A DNA stretch of 63,977 nucleotides, counting the filler, from Octopus bimaculoides (taxonomy: Eukaryota), in assembly GCF_001194135.2 (NCBI RefSeq). It is 5 parts of 5 records of this genome, joined end to end, with 100 filler letters (N's around TTAATTAATTAA, not from the genome) between each part and the next. Parts side by side here need not be neighbours in the genome. Positions count along the whole stretch, not along the records: positions 5,922 to 25,374 come from NC_069004.1; positions 25,475 to 54,425 come from NC_068983.1; 3 more parts are not named here. One strand, 5' to 3'. A model generated the notes under the pieces. The model was not told the DNA's origin. It saw nothing but the letters and a program-made list of their open reading frames with translations, and searched no databases. Position 1 is the first letter of the stretch, and the number at the start of each line of letters is the position of its first letter. The translations under genes and the position numbers were made by a program. Shown piece after piece: positions 24,394 through 34,929 of the stretch.

Positions 24394-25076
24394 CATGCAT
24401 ACATATATATATGCATACATACATATGAATGAAAAAAAGAAGAAAATGGAGAAATTGATAGAATAAGTATTAGGCTTACAAAGAATAAGTCCTGGGGTCA
24501 ATTTACTCGACTAAAGGCAGTGCTCCAGCATGGCCGCAGTCAACTGACTGAAACAAGTAAAAGAAGAAAAGAACACACACACACAAACACATACCTAACA
24601 TATCCACCCATAATGCTTTGATTGGCCCGAGGCTATAGCAGAAGACACTTGCTCAAGGTGCCACACATTGGGACTGAACCCAGAACCATGCATGTGGTTG
24701 GGAAGCAAACTTCTTACCACACAGCCACACTTGCTGAAGGTCTCATGCATCTGTCGATTCCTTCATTTCCCTTCGTTTTGTTTCTTTATATATTTGTTTG
24801 TTTTTTTTGTTTTTTTGTTTTTGTCTTAATCCAATCCACTCCATGCCCATCACTCCTCTCTCTCTCTCCTCCGCAGGGTACTTCTCGTCCTTCTCACTAC
24901 CATGTCTTATGGGACGACAACCATTTTAATGCTGATGAGTTGCAAACATTAACCTACCAACTTTGCCACACCTACGTCCGGTGTACACGCAGTGTTTCCA
25001 TTCCAGCTCCTGCGTATTATGCGCACTTGGTCGCCTTTCGAGCACGCTATCATCTTGTTGAAAAGGAACATGATAG
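7836..25076 (+). CDS. AGO2: Argonaute, AGO clade (AGO2/AGO1-like RISC component); partial multi-exon gene, 5' and 3' ends missing
   Basis: 16 GT-AG exons with compatible phases translate to Argonaute hallmarks: [12 protein letters not shown] ([19 protein letters not shown]), MID ([28 protein letters not shown]), PIWI ([42 protein letters not shown]). Paralog identity (AGO1 vs AGO2 naming) cannot be fixed from the sequence alone. Confidence 0.95.
8577..8713 (+). CDS. AGO2: Argonaute exon (L1/DUF1785): YTPVGRSFF...WKMMLNID
   Basis: ctccag acceptor, gtaaat donor, 137 nt. Confidence 0.95.
9140..9520 (-). mobile_element. Retroposon family D copy with internal ~95-bp tandem duplication
   Basis: ctgcttctgtgaggcccaaaatttgaaggg...caactatgat occurs at ~9215 and ~9373. 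Confidence 0.6.
9739..9873 (+). CDS. AGO2: Argonaute exon (L1/PAZ start): [21 protein letters not shown]...KFTKEIK
   Basis: tttcag acceptor, gtaagc donor, 135 nt. Confidence 0.95.
10230..10317 (+). CDS. AGO2: Argonaute exon (PAZ): [29 protein letters not shown]
   Basis: tttcag acceptor, gtaagt donor, 88 nt. Confidence 0.95.
10652..10810 (+). mobile_element. SINE family B copy
   Basis: aggcggcgagctggcagaaacattagcacg...ggggtcgatgtaatc. Confidence 0.75.
11191..11274 (+). CDS. AGO2: Argonaute exon (PAZ): [27 protein letters not shown]
   Basis: ttgcag acceptor, gtgagt donor, 84 nt. Confidence 0.93.
11526..11589 (+). CDS. AGO2: Argonaute exon (PAZ): [21 protein letters not shown]
   Basis: cttcag acceptor, gtaagt donor, 64 nt. 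Confidence 0.95.
11615..11810 (-). mobile_element. Retroposon family D, 3' part
   Basis: catcatcatcgtttaacgtg...ccttcctaatgccaacc, just downstream of the exon ending 11589. Confidence 0.65.
12643..12714 (+). CDS. AGO2: Argonaute exon (PAZ end/L2): [24 protein letters not shown]
   Basis: ctgaag acceptor, gtaagt donor, 72 nt. Confidence 0.94.
13349..13396 (+). CDS. AGO2: Argonaute exon (L2): [16 protein letters not shown]
   Basis: ctacag acceptor, gtaaag donor, 48 nt. Confidence 0.92.
13605..13870 (+). mobile_element. RTE-like LINE 3' fragment, decayed
   Basis: Translates [11 protein letters not shown]...[11 protein letters not shown]...KWLSHVLK, like the post-RT EMRMLR...RWFGHV region of RTE ORFs. 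Confidence 0.6.
14429..14551 (+). CDS. AGO2: Argonaute exon (L2): [16 protein letters not shown]...[14 protein letters not shown]
   Basis: acccag acceptor, gtaagt donor, 123 nt. Confidence 0.93.
14785..15014 (+). mobile_element. piggyBac-type MITE (TTAA-CCCTTTAGCA ends)
   Basis: Aligns to the 17581-17799 copy; ends tgctaaagggttaa. Confidence 0.65.
15128..15261 (+). CDS. AGO2: Argonaute exon (L2/MID): [20 protein letters not shown]...WAIACFA
   Basis: tttcag acceptor, gtaatt donor, 134 nt. Confidence 0.94.
15457..15645 (-). mobile_element. SINE family C, 3' part, decayed
   Basis: Reverse complement of the 45708 copy tail. Confidence 0.65.
15777..15961 (+). CDS. AGO2: Argonaute exon (MID): [17 protein letters not shown]...[15 protein letters not shown]
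   Basis: ttgtag acceptor, gtaaga donor, 185 nt. Confidence 0.95.
16090..16745 (+). mobile_element. Two adjacent retroposon family D copies
   Basis: gtggttggcattaggaaaggcatccagctgtagaaacc...ggatgttaaatggtgg, then a second copy ending ..gtaaatgatgacg. Confidence 0.6.
17032..17192. mobile_element. hAT-type MITE, 161 bp
   Basis: Imperfect TIRs cactagcatagctag / ccagccgtgctaatg; 8-bp TSD attcttcc (17024-17031) / attcttct (17193-17200). Confidence 0.7.
17255..17414 (+). CDS. AGO2: Argonaute exon (MID): AEVKRVGD...TQCVQ...[19 protein letters not shown]
   Basis: acacag acceptor, gtaagt donor, 160 nt, ends in phase 2. Confidence 0.95.
17581..17799 (+). mobile_element. piggyBac-type MITE, complete
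   Basis: ttaaccctttagca...tactaaagggttaa with TTAA at both ends; partial relatives at ~7570-7770, 9548-9699 and 10370-10470. Confidence 0.75.
17903..18250 (+). mobile_element. SINE family A, near complete
   Basis: Head, (TG)n, ttgtcccccc...gacaaccgat and tail ggccgcagtcaaaatgactgaaacaaataaaagaat. Confidence 0.85.
18562..19482 (+). mobile_element. pogo/Tc2-like DNA transposon relic with an internal 58-bp inverted repeat
   Basis: Acidic C-terminal relic [14 protein letters not shown] at ~19120-19170; repeated tgcgtattatacac subterminal motif near 19405 and 19460; flanked by N gaps. Family assignment is tentative. Confidence 0.5.
20278..20472 (+). CDS. AGO2: Argonaute exon (PIWI; catalytic Glu and second Asp): [12 protein letters not shown]...QHRQEII...[15 protein letters not shown]
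   Basis: acgcag acceptor, gtaagt donor, 195 nt. Confidence 0.95.
20644..21173. mobile_element. Cluster of SINE family B copies (+ 20644-20860, + 20871-20950, - ~21030-21173)
   Basis: gcgagctggcagaa heads on both strands. Confidence 0.7.
21355..21489 (+). CDS. AGO2: Argonaute exon (PIWI): [13 protein letters not shown]...[24 protein letters not shown]
   Basis: ctgtag acceptor, gtaagt donor, 135 nt. Confidence 0.95.
21700..22060 (+). mobile_element. Retroposon family D copies
   Basis: ccaacccatgccagcatggaag..aaatgatgatgatg; ggcacgtaaaaagcacccactacacactcggagtggttggc. Confidence 0.6.
22588..22896 (+). mobile_element. tRNA-derived SINE, family C-type head with a different body
   Basis: gtggaggcacatggctcagtggttagagc head; ttgagcaagacacttt..ctccagtt..cagctg central domain. 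Confidence 0.7.
23241..23342 (+). CDS. AGO2: Argonaute exon (PIWI): [34 protein letters not shown]
   Basis: tttcag acceptor, gttagt donor, 102 nt. Confidence 0.95.
23455..23696 (-). mobile_element. Short element: tRNA-like head plus Penelope-type tail with decayed hammerhead motif
   Basis: Reverse complement is collinear with the 51627-51900 terminal repeat of the Penelope element. Confidence 0.7.
23735..23847 (+). mobile_element. 5' part of the same tRNA-headed element, inverted relative to 23583-23696
   Basis: gcccacgggcatatagcgtagtggttaagagcac...gttcgattccaggcagtgacctgaat. Confidence 0.7.
24877..25076 (+). CDS. AGO2: Argonaute exon (PIWI; catalytic His): [15 protein letters not shown]...[24 protein letters not shown]
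   Basis: ccgcag acceptor, gtataa donor, 200 nt; no following exon visible. Confidence 0.94.
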
Positions 25077-25095
25077 GTATAACCATTATGCTTCT

Positions 25096-25374
25096 TCACT
25101 TTCTCTCTTTCACTCTCTTTTCCCTTTCTCTTTCACTCTCTTTCTCTTTCGTTTTCTCCATCTCTCTCTCCCTAGTTTTCTCCCTTGCTCTTTCTCTTTT
25201 CCCTTTCTCTTTCACTCTCTTTCACTCTCTTTTCCCTTTCTCTTTCACTCTCTTTCTCTTTCGTTTTCTCCATCTCTCTCTCCTTAGTTTTCTCCCTTGC
25301 TCTTTCTCTTTCTCTCTCTCTTTTTCCCTCTAGTTTTCTCCCTTGCTCTTTCTCTCTCTCTCTCCCCCTCTCTC
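25096..25374. repeat. Polypyrimidine low-complexity tandem repeat
   Basis: Repeated tttcactctcttttccctttctc units and a duplicated ~70-100 bp CT block. Confidence 0.8.
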
Positions 25375-25474
25375 NNNNNNNNNNNNNNNNNNNNNNNNNN
25401 NNNNNNNNNNNNNNNNNNTTAATTAATTAANNNNNNNNNNNNNNNNNNNNNNNNNNNNNNNNNNNNNNNNNNNN
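25375..25474. other. Artificial scaffold spacer N44-TTAATTAATTAA-N44
   Basis: Same construct as 5822-5921. Confidence 0.9.
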
Positions 25475-25809
25475 TATATATATAAATGAATATATATATA
25501 TATATATATATGTATACGTACTTGCATTGATAAGCATGTACTAGATATAACATTGCTAAATTAACGGTTTTACGTATAGCTCACGCTTTAACGATGGTCA
25601 TATATATACATACATGTATACACACACACACATGTATATATATAAATATATAAATGTTTGAATATTCATAAATAAATATATATATATATAAATACATATT
25701 AATATATATATATGAATATTTATAAATGAATATATATTTAGATATATTTAAATAAATATATATATAAATAAATATATACATATATATAAATATATATAAA
25801 TAAATATAT

Positions 25810-25964
25810 GGAGTGGCTGTGTGCTAAGTAGCTTGTTTACCAACCGCATGGTTCCGGGTTTAGTCCCACTGTGTGGCACTCTGGGCAAATGTCTTCTACT
25901 ATAGCCTCGCGCCGACCAAAGCCTTGTGAGTGGAGAAAGAAGCCCGTCGTATATATGTATATAG

Positions 25965-26015
<51 letters not shown>

Positions 26016-26225
26016 TGTATCTGTGTTTGTCCCCCTCAACATCACTTGACAACCGATGTTGGTGTGTTTACGTCCCCATAACTTAGCGGCTCGGCAAAAA
26101 GAGACCGATAGAATAAGTACTATGCTTACAAAGAATAAGTCCTGGGGTCGATTTGCTCGACTAAAGGGTGGTGCTCAGGCATGGCCGCAGTCAAATGAGT
26201 GAAAGAAGTAAAAGAATAAAAGAAC
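25810..26225 (+). mobile_element. SINE family A, complete
   Basis: ggagtggctgtgtg head through gtaaaagaataaaagaa tail. Confidence 0.88.
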
Positions 26226-26271
26226 AAAAAATATATATATAAATTTAATTTATATATATATATATATATAA

Positions 26272-26311
<40 letters not shown>

Positions 26312-26424
26312 TTTGAAACTCTCTTCGAGTAGCGAAAATTTTTATAGGAAGCATCCTAAACGTTATGAAATGTTAGAAACTCTAACTTGACACCGGGTAT
26401 TGCAGATTTCTTCAGGTCAAAATT

Positions 26425-26463
<39 letters not shown>

Positions 26464-26690
26464 GTGCCCTTCCTCGATGGGGTCGGGATCATCTCAAGTT
26501 TATCGGTCCCACACTCGTCATCGTGCGTAGAGCCGACCAGGTCCACTAGTGTCCTCCATCGCTGGCGGTCCCGTTTCAGCCCCTCCGTATCCTGCAAGCT
26601 ACCGGAGATCTTCTTTAATAACGTCCAGTCATCTGTTGCGAGTACTGCCATGCAGGCTTCCTCCACCCTGCAGCTGCTGCGTCAAATGAG
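26425..26690 (-). mobile_element. LINE 3' end (RTE/L2-like) with (GAAA)n tail
   Basis: Minus-strand translation W..I..SL..TEGLKRDRQRWRTLV, followed by a (gaaa)n tail. Confidence 0.55.
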
Positions 26691-27939
26691 TTAAGATACT
26701 TATAACGAGCAGGTAAATATTAAATTCCTGTGTGCTCGTAAAACAGCAAGAATTAAAACAATGACGTCATATTCACACACAATACGTCCCGGCAGATTTG
26801 AACGTAAATATGTTGAAATTGTATCGGGTAAATAATCTTCTTAAAACATACAGACACAGCTTATTCAATATGTAAGCGAGATGGTGAAGATGTGCAAGAA
26901 TTTTCTAAAGTTTAAAATGCAATTCTACGTATTTGTTGACGATTAAATTCCGTTAATAGAGTCGGTTCTTTATGGAATGAATTCAAAGCAATGAGCAATA
27001 CAAAGAGCACTTCCTTCACAATTGCGTATGGCACAAAAAATTGGAACGCTGGTGTGCACAAACCACAATGAAAACAAAAAAATCGCAAACCGACAGAGGG
27101 AGACTTTACAACATACAGGGAATAGTACCCGAATTTCAGATAAATGATACCCTACAGTCTACGTTAATTAGATAATGTGGTCCGAGTTATACTTTGTATA
27201 TAAGATGAGATAGACAAAGCTAGATTGCTTTAGACCATAAATATACTTGATCCTGGGGCAAAACAACAACGATAACAAAAATAATCGATTGAGAGTGAGA
27301 CCTTCATTTGCCACATCGATTAGTCCACCGATTAGTTGCGTCCTTTTTATGTCTTTCCCAGCGGTAGTAAAAGTTTAACTTTTGTTAGCTCACACATCTC
27401 CTATTTGACCGTTGAGTATCTTTAGCAGAGTCCATCTGTTGCAAGCATTCAGGTCAGGCCCTCGACACCTTGCATAGTCCATGGCTACAATTCTTCCCCC
27501 ATGACAAAACAACAATAAATGGAAACCAAAACGGCTTCTGTTTCCCTCAACAAGTAAGCTGTGCTTCACAACACACAGTTACTCTAACTAGAGAGTTTAC
27601 TCTCTTCTAAATGCTAGGTTGAATTCTTCTTTCCTAGACTTGTCAATATTCTGGAACTCTTTCCCAATCCCAGTTGCCCCTATACATATCGATCTGAAAA
27701 ATTCGTTTTAGACATTAACTCTATCGATCTGAGAAGTGCCGGAAAGACCATAGATACTGTCCACTTCTACAGGATAAATAATATACATATGTGTGTGTAT
27801 GTGTATTAATGCTAGAGTTATGTCAAGTTATACATAAAAACAGCTTAACATTAAACTGAAAAACAGAAAAGAACTTACATACATACATACATACATACAT
27901 GCATACATACATACATACATGTGTGTTCGTGTATATGTT

Positions 27940-28026
<87 letters not shown>

Positions 28027-28099
28027 GCATGTACTGTGAAGCAAAAAATGTCCAAAGGGGGAAGGTATTAAAAACAAAGTATGAAAACTGTTGTTTGAA

Positions 28100-29590
28100 A
28101 AAGAGATCATGCAGACCTATTTGAGGATGAGAAACCCCAATCACCCACCTTCCAACGTTGATGGGCCAAAGACATTAAGGTCTGAGGTGGAACATGCCAC
28201 AATAAAAATGAGTAAAAGAAAAGTTCCAGGGTCAGGTACAAAACATGTGAGATGTTAAAAGCACTTGAAGACTATGAAATTGTCAAATTCACAGACCTTT
28301 ACAATGACTCTGGACACCCCACTAAAGATTTCAAAACGTCAGTATTTATCACTGTCCATCTAGTGTTCTGATCACAGGATTATTCATCGCATATCTCATG
28401 CACTTAAATTTTTTCTTAGTTGTACTGGGAAAAATAAAAGCTAGCTTCGTGAAGAGCAATTTGCACTTAGGGCCAACAGAAGGACAACAGATACCATATT
28501 CTGTTTCAACATTCAAGCACAAGAGCAAATGCAATTACAATGTATATATATAGCTAGTTGCTTGTTTCATATATTATGCCAAGGTATTTGACTGTGTTCA
28601 CCATAAGGAGCTCATCACATCTTTAGAAAAAGCTAGCTTAGAAAGAAAGGACATCAGAATCATTTGAGTGTTATACTGGAATCAGAGGGCAGCCATCAAA
28701 ATAGACCAGGAATTGTCAAAACAAGCAGACATCAGATGTGTAAGGCAAGGATGTGTGCTATCACCATACTTGTTTAATATGTATACTAGGTATATATTCA
28801 GAGGTTCAAATGAGATTAAAGGACTTACAGTCAATGGCATGAACATAAATAATATAAAAAATGCTGATTATACAGAATTAATGATCCAGCAATGAGAAAT
28901 TACAAGAAATCGTTGATGTTTTGAGAGAGCAAAGTGACAAGAAAGATCTAAATATGAATGTAAAAAAAGACAAAATCAATGCTTATTAGTAAAATGAAAC
29001 AAAAGGAAAGAAATCTAAAGGTAGATGGACAGAAGCTTGAACTTGTAAAAATTTCAAGTATTTAGGATAAGAAGTAAATCAGAAAGGTCGCTGTGTAGTA
29101 GATGTAGCTGAGGAAATATATAAGGTTGAAACACATTTATCAGAATGAAAAGAATCAAAACATATAAGACTGAACCTAAAATTGAGACGAGTAAACTGAT
29201 ATAGTATACAAGTTGCCCTCTACAGGATAAAAACTTGAACAATGTATAGTAGAGGTAAAGATAGGAGCATTTGAGGTGCATCATTCACAGACAGAGCAGC
29301 ATAAGCTGGGAAAGAAGAGTAACAAATGCTGCAGTACTAGAGAAGCTGAAAGTCGAAAGACTCTAACTGTCGAGAATCAAGTACACAAAGTTATCATATT
29401 TTGGGCACACAATGTGCCCCGAGTCAATGCCCAAGACCATTCTGACAGAAAGTATGGAGAGGAAGAAAGCAAGAGATCGTCAAAGACGTTTTTGGACTGA
29501 TGATATCAGAGAATGGACTAGAAGTAAGAGCCTGGCTGAGTGTGTGAACAAGGTCATTTTAGGAGCATTATATAGAACTCCCAGCCTCAC
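28100..29590 (+). mobile_element. Decayed RTE-like LINE (reverse transcriptase)
   Basis: VRQGCVLSPYLFNMY...NINNIKNADY (RYADD region), later KFSSILG and GRQRRFWTDDIREW; many stops and frameshifts. Confidence 0.8.
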
Positions 29591-29981
29591 TGGATAAATC
29601 AATGCAGTGAATCTCTTGATTCTTGTCGCTCCTGCGCAATTTCCCAGTAGGTCCATGCCTTAAGACAGCCCTATGTATGCATGCATCATAACACAGAGAC
29701 AACTGGAGAGTATTGGCAAGCCGACTTCTGGACACAGGGTGGGTACTTGGCTGATGGCTGATATGTGTGTGTATACGTGTGTGCGTGTGTGTGTGTATGT
29801 GTGTGTGTGTGTGTGTATGTGTGTGTGTGTGCGTGCGTGCGTGCGTGTGTGTGTGTGAGTATGTCTGTGCGCGCATATATGTGTGTTATGAGTGTCTGTG
29901 TATATATGTGTGTGTGTGTGTGTATACACACACACACACAAATAGATAGATAAATCGATAGACAGACAGATAGATAGATAA

Positions 29982-30014
<33 letters not shown>

Positions 30015-30707
30015 GTTGTTAGGTAGGTTAAGGTAGGTTATGTATACACGCTTATGTATATATGTCTGTGTATACAGACGCACGCATAGCTGTGTAGTAA
30101 GATAATTCGATTCTTAACTACGAGATTTCGTGTTCAGTCGCACGGTATAGCACAATTGGGTATATGTCTTCTACCACAGTCACGAGTTAACTAAATTCTT
30201 GCAGTTTAAAATTTGGTCGACAGAAACTGTGTGAAAACCCTTCAGAGTGGGGCAACTCCCGTCCTTGGACGGTACCGCCATAGCTCTTGGGTACCACTCT
30301 GTTGTAAGTGTTTGAACCAGGTTTTTGTGTTTCAGAATAACTTTTTTTTTTGTTTTACTTCCGATCGGTTTCCGAGGCCTTATACAGAGGTGCCATGACC
30401 CAGTGTTGAGCCAACGGTTTTAAGGCTGTGGATCTGTTCTTTGGCCCGGGTGACGCGTTACTGTCCTTCAGCAAAGCACTTTATTTCACTTTGCCCTCGT
30501 CCACTCAGCTGAAAAGGAGTACCAGCCCATTGCTGGTGCAGCTCTATTTCCAGCTCTCACATCCTCGGTGCCTACTGCATTAAGGGTTAATGAGCAGAGA
30601 AAGTGTTATGTCTGCTCGCGTCTACACAGGCACCTAAAACAACTAGTGAAAGCATGGTACATGTTTCCAAGCCATACTCACTATGTGAGTGAAGAACATG
30701 TTTTGGA

Positions 30708-30759
<52 letters not shown>

Positions 30760-30913
30760 CATCTGTCTGTCTGTCTATCTGTCTGTCTGTCTGTCTGTCT
30801 GCCTGTCTGCCTGTCTGCCTGTCTGTCTGTCTGTCTGTCTGTCTGGCTACACACATACATACGCACACTCACGTGTATGTGTGTGTGTGTGTGAGTGTTT
30901 GTTTGTTTGTTCG

Positions 30914-31070
30914 TTGCTGTGCGGTCAAGGAGCTTGCTTCGCAGCCACCTAGCTTCGGGTGCAGTCCTACTGCGTGGCACCTTGGGCTTGTGTCTTCTTC
31001 CATAGTCCCTAGCCGACTAATGTCTTGTGAATGAATTTGGTAAGTGGAAACTGTATGGAAGCTCGTTATA
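30914..31070 (+). mobile_element. SINE family A, 5' half, diverged
   Basis: gctgtgcggtcaaggagcttgcttc...gcgtggcaccttgggc. Confidence 0.7.
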
Positions 31071-31342
31071 TATATATATATATATATATNNNNNNNNNNN
31101 NNNNNNNNNNNNNNNNNNNNNNNNNNNNNNNNNNNNNNNNNNNNNNNNNNNNNNNNNNNNNNNNNNNNNNNNNNNNNNNNNNNNNNNNNNNNNNNNNNNN
31201 NNNNNNNNNNNNNNNNNNNNNNNNNNNNNNNNNNNNNNNNNNNNNNNNNNNNNNNNNNNNNNNNNNNNNNNNNNNNNNNNNNNNNNNNNNNNNNNNNNNN
31301 NNNNNNNNNNNNNNNNNNNNNNNNNNNNNNNNNNNNNNNNNN

Positions 31343-31415
<73 letters not shown>

Positions 31416-33559
31416 AGAGAGAGATGAAATATTACTATCAAGTGACACCAAGTTGGGACCTGAAATGTTTTATTCCTAAATTTTACGAAGAATTTAGGAA
31501 GTTTGAAAAAACATTCAATGGGAAGTTGTTGTTCGGAAGTAGGATATCTCTTGCGGTTTGTCCTGCACTAATATGAATGTAAGTCATGTGGAAAAATAAA
31601 CACTCCCCGAATAGACTCTAGCAGTAGAGTAAGTCATAAAAGAACTAGGAAGAGCAGGCCGTTAAAGAGAGAGGGAGATATAGAGAGAAGAAGAGAGAGG
31701 GAAGAGATGAATGACAAAGGCAAATGAATATGGAAGGAGAGTGAAAAACAACAGAAGGCAAAGGAGTAGTAGAGAGAGTGAATAGAAATGAAGAGAGACA
31801 AGAGAGAGTGGGATTGAACAACCGAGAAAAAGGGGAAATTGGAGAGAGTGAGAAATAACTGAAAGAGAGAAGAAATAATAAGAAAATAATAAGAGTAAAA
31901 AAAGCGAGTGAGAACGTGAGGGGCAAGAGAGAGAGAGAAGGGGTGGGTGGGGAAGGTGAAAGAAGTAAGCGAGAAATAAATGTTAATGATCTGAAATTTA
32001 TAGGAAGGGTCTTCAAAAAATGTTTTGAAAATCAGAGGAAATAGCACAATGTCGGCAAACAATTATAAGAGAAGGGGGAGGGAGGAGGAGGAGATGACTT
32101 ACGATAAATGACCTCAAGATCTTAACTCCTCATTTCGTTACGGTTTTAATTGGAGTGACAAACTGTTCCTTTTATAGTGAAGTTATTCATTATGTTATCA
32201 CAAGAAGGAAGTCCGATTCTAAGGTGTGGGTGCTTTTCGTTTAAAGTTTAACTGTTTAACACCAGAAATCGTTATGTAAAGGGAAATGCCGTGAGTGTCA
32301 ATGACAAGAAAAAAATTGTTGACTAAGACATCGTATTATTCAATAAGTTGTCGCCAGAAAAAATTTGAGAGGAAGAGAAAAAGAGTGAAAGTAACAGAGA
32401 TACAGAGAAAGGCTGTCGATGAGTTTTGTCACAAATTAATTTTTGTTTTCCTGTTCAAATCATTTCGCTTCAGTTTCTCCTACCACTTGAAAAAAAAATC
32501 TATAGAGCTGGTGGTAAAAAAAAGGTATGAATGTTACACAATGTCATTCCTTTCATCTATTTGCATGTGGCCTTGAGCCGAAGTCGAAAAAGGAACTCCT
32601 TCTTTCTCTCTAACTCATATGAGAATTAAAATAGTAATTTGGGTGAAGCATTGTGAAATATTAAAAGAGATAAAAACTTAAGGCTGCAACACTGCAAAAT
32701 GAAATACAAAAGTGAATTACAAAAGTGAAGGTAGAACAACAGTTGAAGTTTCACCTTGTAGTTCAATATTTCGGGGTTAGAACCTCTTCATCAGGACACG
32801 TGGACAAATTGAACAAATGGGAGATGGAAATACAAGGTAAAACTTCCACTGTTGTCTTGTCCTCACTTTGTGGTTCACTTTTGTATTTCATTTCGAATCG
32901 TTTCTCTCTAAACAAATTTCTATCTAATTTCATATCAGGATATTTCAAATTCTCTTGAAGTTCTAAAAAGTTTTTCGGGCAACATCTGACGATGCAATAT
33001 TAAAATTATTTCCCTTTAAGTAGTTTCAACTATTCAACCTTTATTTCGCAACGGAATAGATATTGTAAATGAAATACAAATTCTAATTTAAACTACCTTC
33101 CAGGATCGATTGACGGGGAGTTTATCCACTACGCTACAATAGTCACCGCCTTGCTTTCTACAGTAGTAAATATATGAGCTTCAGATTTTGGAATAAGGCC
33201 AATGATTTTAAAAGAGTGGGGTTAGTCAAATGGGACGAAACAAAATGGGACCCACAAGGGACGAAACGAAGAGTTGTCTTCGGTGGGATGTAAAAAGCCG
33301 GACTAGCAGTAAATAAGATGGAAGTATTAATAGCATGTTGTTTTGAGTCTAATCTATTGAGCAAAATATTCTAATAAAGTAAATCAGTACCGAGTTATAT
33401 ATATATATATATATATATCTACAAATATATATACATACACATATATATATATATATTTAAAATTAAAAAAATAAAATAATAAATGCACCCTTTTAAAGCC
33501 TACCCAGGCTCGGTTTCAATGGCGTATGTGTTCCCCACCTGGATGGGACGCCAGTCCAT

Positions 33560-33720
33560 CGCAGCATTACTCATTTTTGCCAGCTGAGTAGTGGACTGTA
33601 GCAACGTGGAATGAAGTGTTTTGCTCAAGAATACAAGGCGTCGCCCGGTCCTGGAATCGAAACCACAATCTTACGATCATGATGCTGACACCCTTAACCA
33701 CTAAGCCACGCACCTCCACA
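33560..33720 (-). mobile_element. SINE family C-type head and central domain
   Basis: Reverse complement gtggaggtgcgtggcttagtggttaaggg...cttgagcaaaacacttc. Confidence 0.7.
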
Positions 33721-33922
33721 CACACACAAACACACACACATACACACACACACATATATATACATACACATACACGCATACGCACACACATATGTATGCA
33801 TGTATGTATGTATGTATGTAATGCTCGTTTACCTTGTGGCAGCTGAACCCGACGCATGATCTCACGACTTTCAACTAAGCCCCCTCTCTTCCCCTCTTTT
33901 TTGCTCTCTCTCTTTCTCTCTT

Positions 33923-33994
<72 letters not shown>

Positions 33995-34929
33995 TCTATC
34001 TATCGATCAGTCTATCTTATAATTATCTGTAATTTATAACTCTTAATTTCTGTCAGAGATTTTATTAAGTGCTTCTCTATCGATCGATCTATCTTATAAG
34101 TGTTGTTAGTAAATGACTTTAAATTTCTCTCAGAGATGTGAATAACCTTTTAATTCCTGTTGAAGATATGCAAGACGTCTCTATGGGTCTATCTATCTTG
34201 CCAGCAGTAATGGTAAACAAGTTTTAAATTCCTGTCAGGGATATTATAAAAGGCAACGCATACATGCAATCTCAGCTGTGTATACCTTGTGTATATGTGA
34301 ATAGCAGAAATTACGAGTATATATGTGTCCACATGTTTATATACATATTTGCAGGTGACAATACAACAATTTGTGAGGTGTTATATGTGTATGCTTGGAT
34401 GTACGCAGGTACATATTTATATATATTCATATATAAATCGTGTAGGTCTATATGCATGTACTTACCTATATATATATATATATNNNNNNNNNNNNNNNNN
34501 NNNNNNNNNNNNNNNNNNNNNNNNNNNNNNNNNNNNNNNNNNNNNNNNNNNNNNNNNNNNNNNNNNNNNNNNNNNNNNNNNNNNNNNNNNNNNNNNNNNN
34601 NNNNNNNNNNNNNNNNNNNNNNNNNNNNNNNNNNNNNNNNNNNNNNNNNNNNNNNNNNNNNNNNNNNNNNNNNNNNNNNNNNNNNNNNNNNNNNNNNNNN
34701 NNNNNNNNNNNNNNNNNNNNNNNNNNNNNNNNNNNNNNNNNNNNNNNNNNNNNNNNNNNNNNNNNNNNNNNNNTGTGTGTGTGTGTGTGTGTGTGTGTGC
34801 GCGTGTGTGTATACACAGAAGATAAGAAGACAATGAAAACTTTAACACATTTTTAACGGTCAGTTACAATTGTTCCTGTACCAACTCTACTTCCAACGCC
34901 AGTTCACGCAGGAGATAAACTACTGAGGG

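Noticed and set aside
26464-26694. GC-richer ORF after the last visible AGO exon, considered as the terminal exon
   Set aside because: It lacks the expected ..GEGSH...MYFA* end; the opposite strand reads as a LINE 3' end with a (GAAA)n tail
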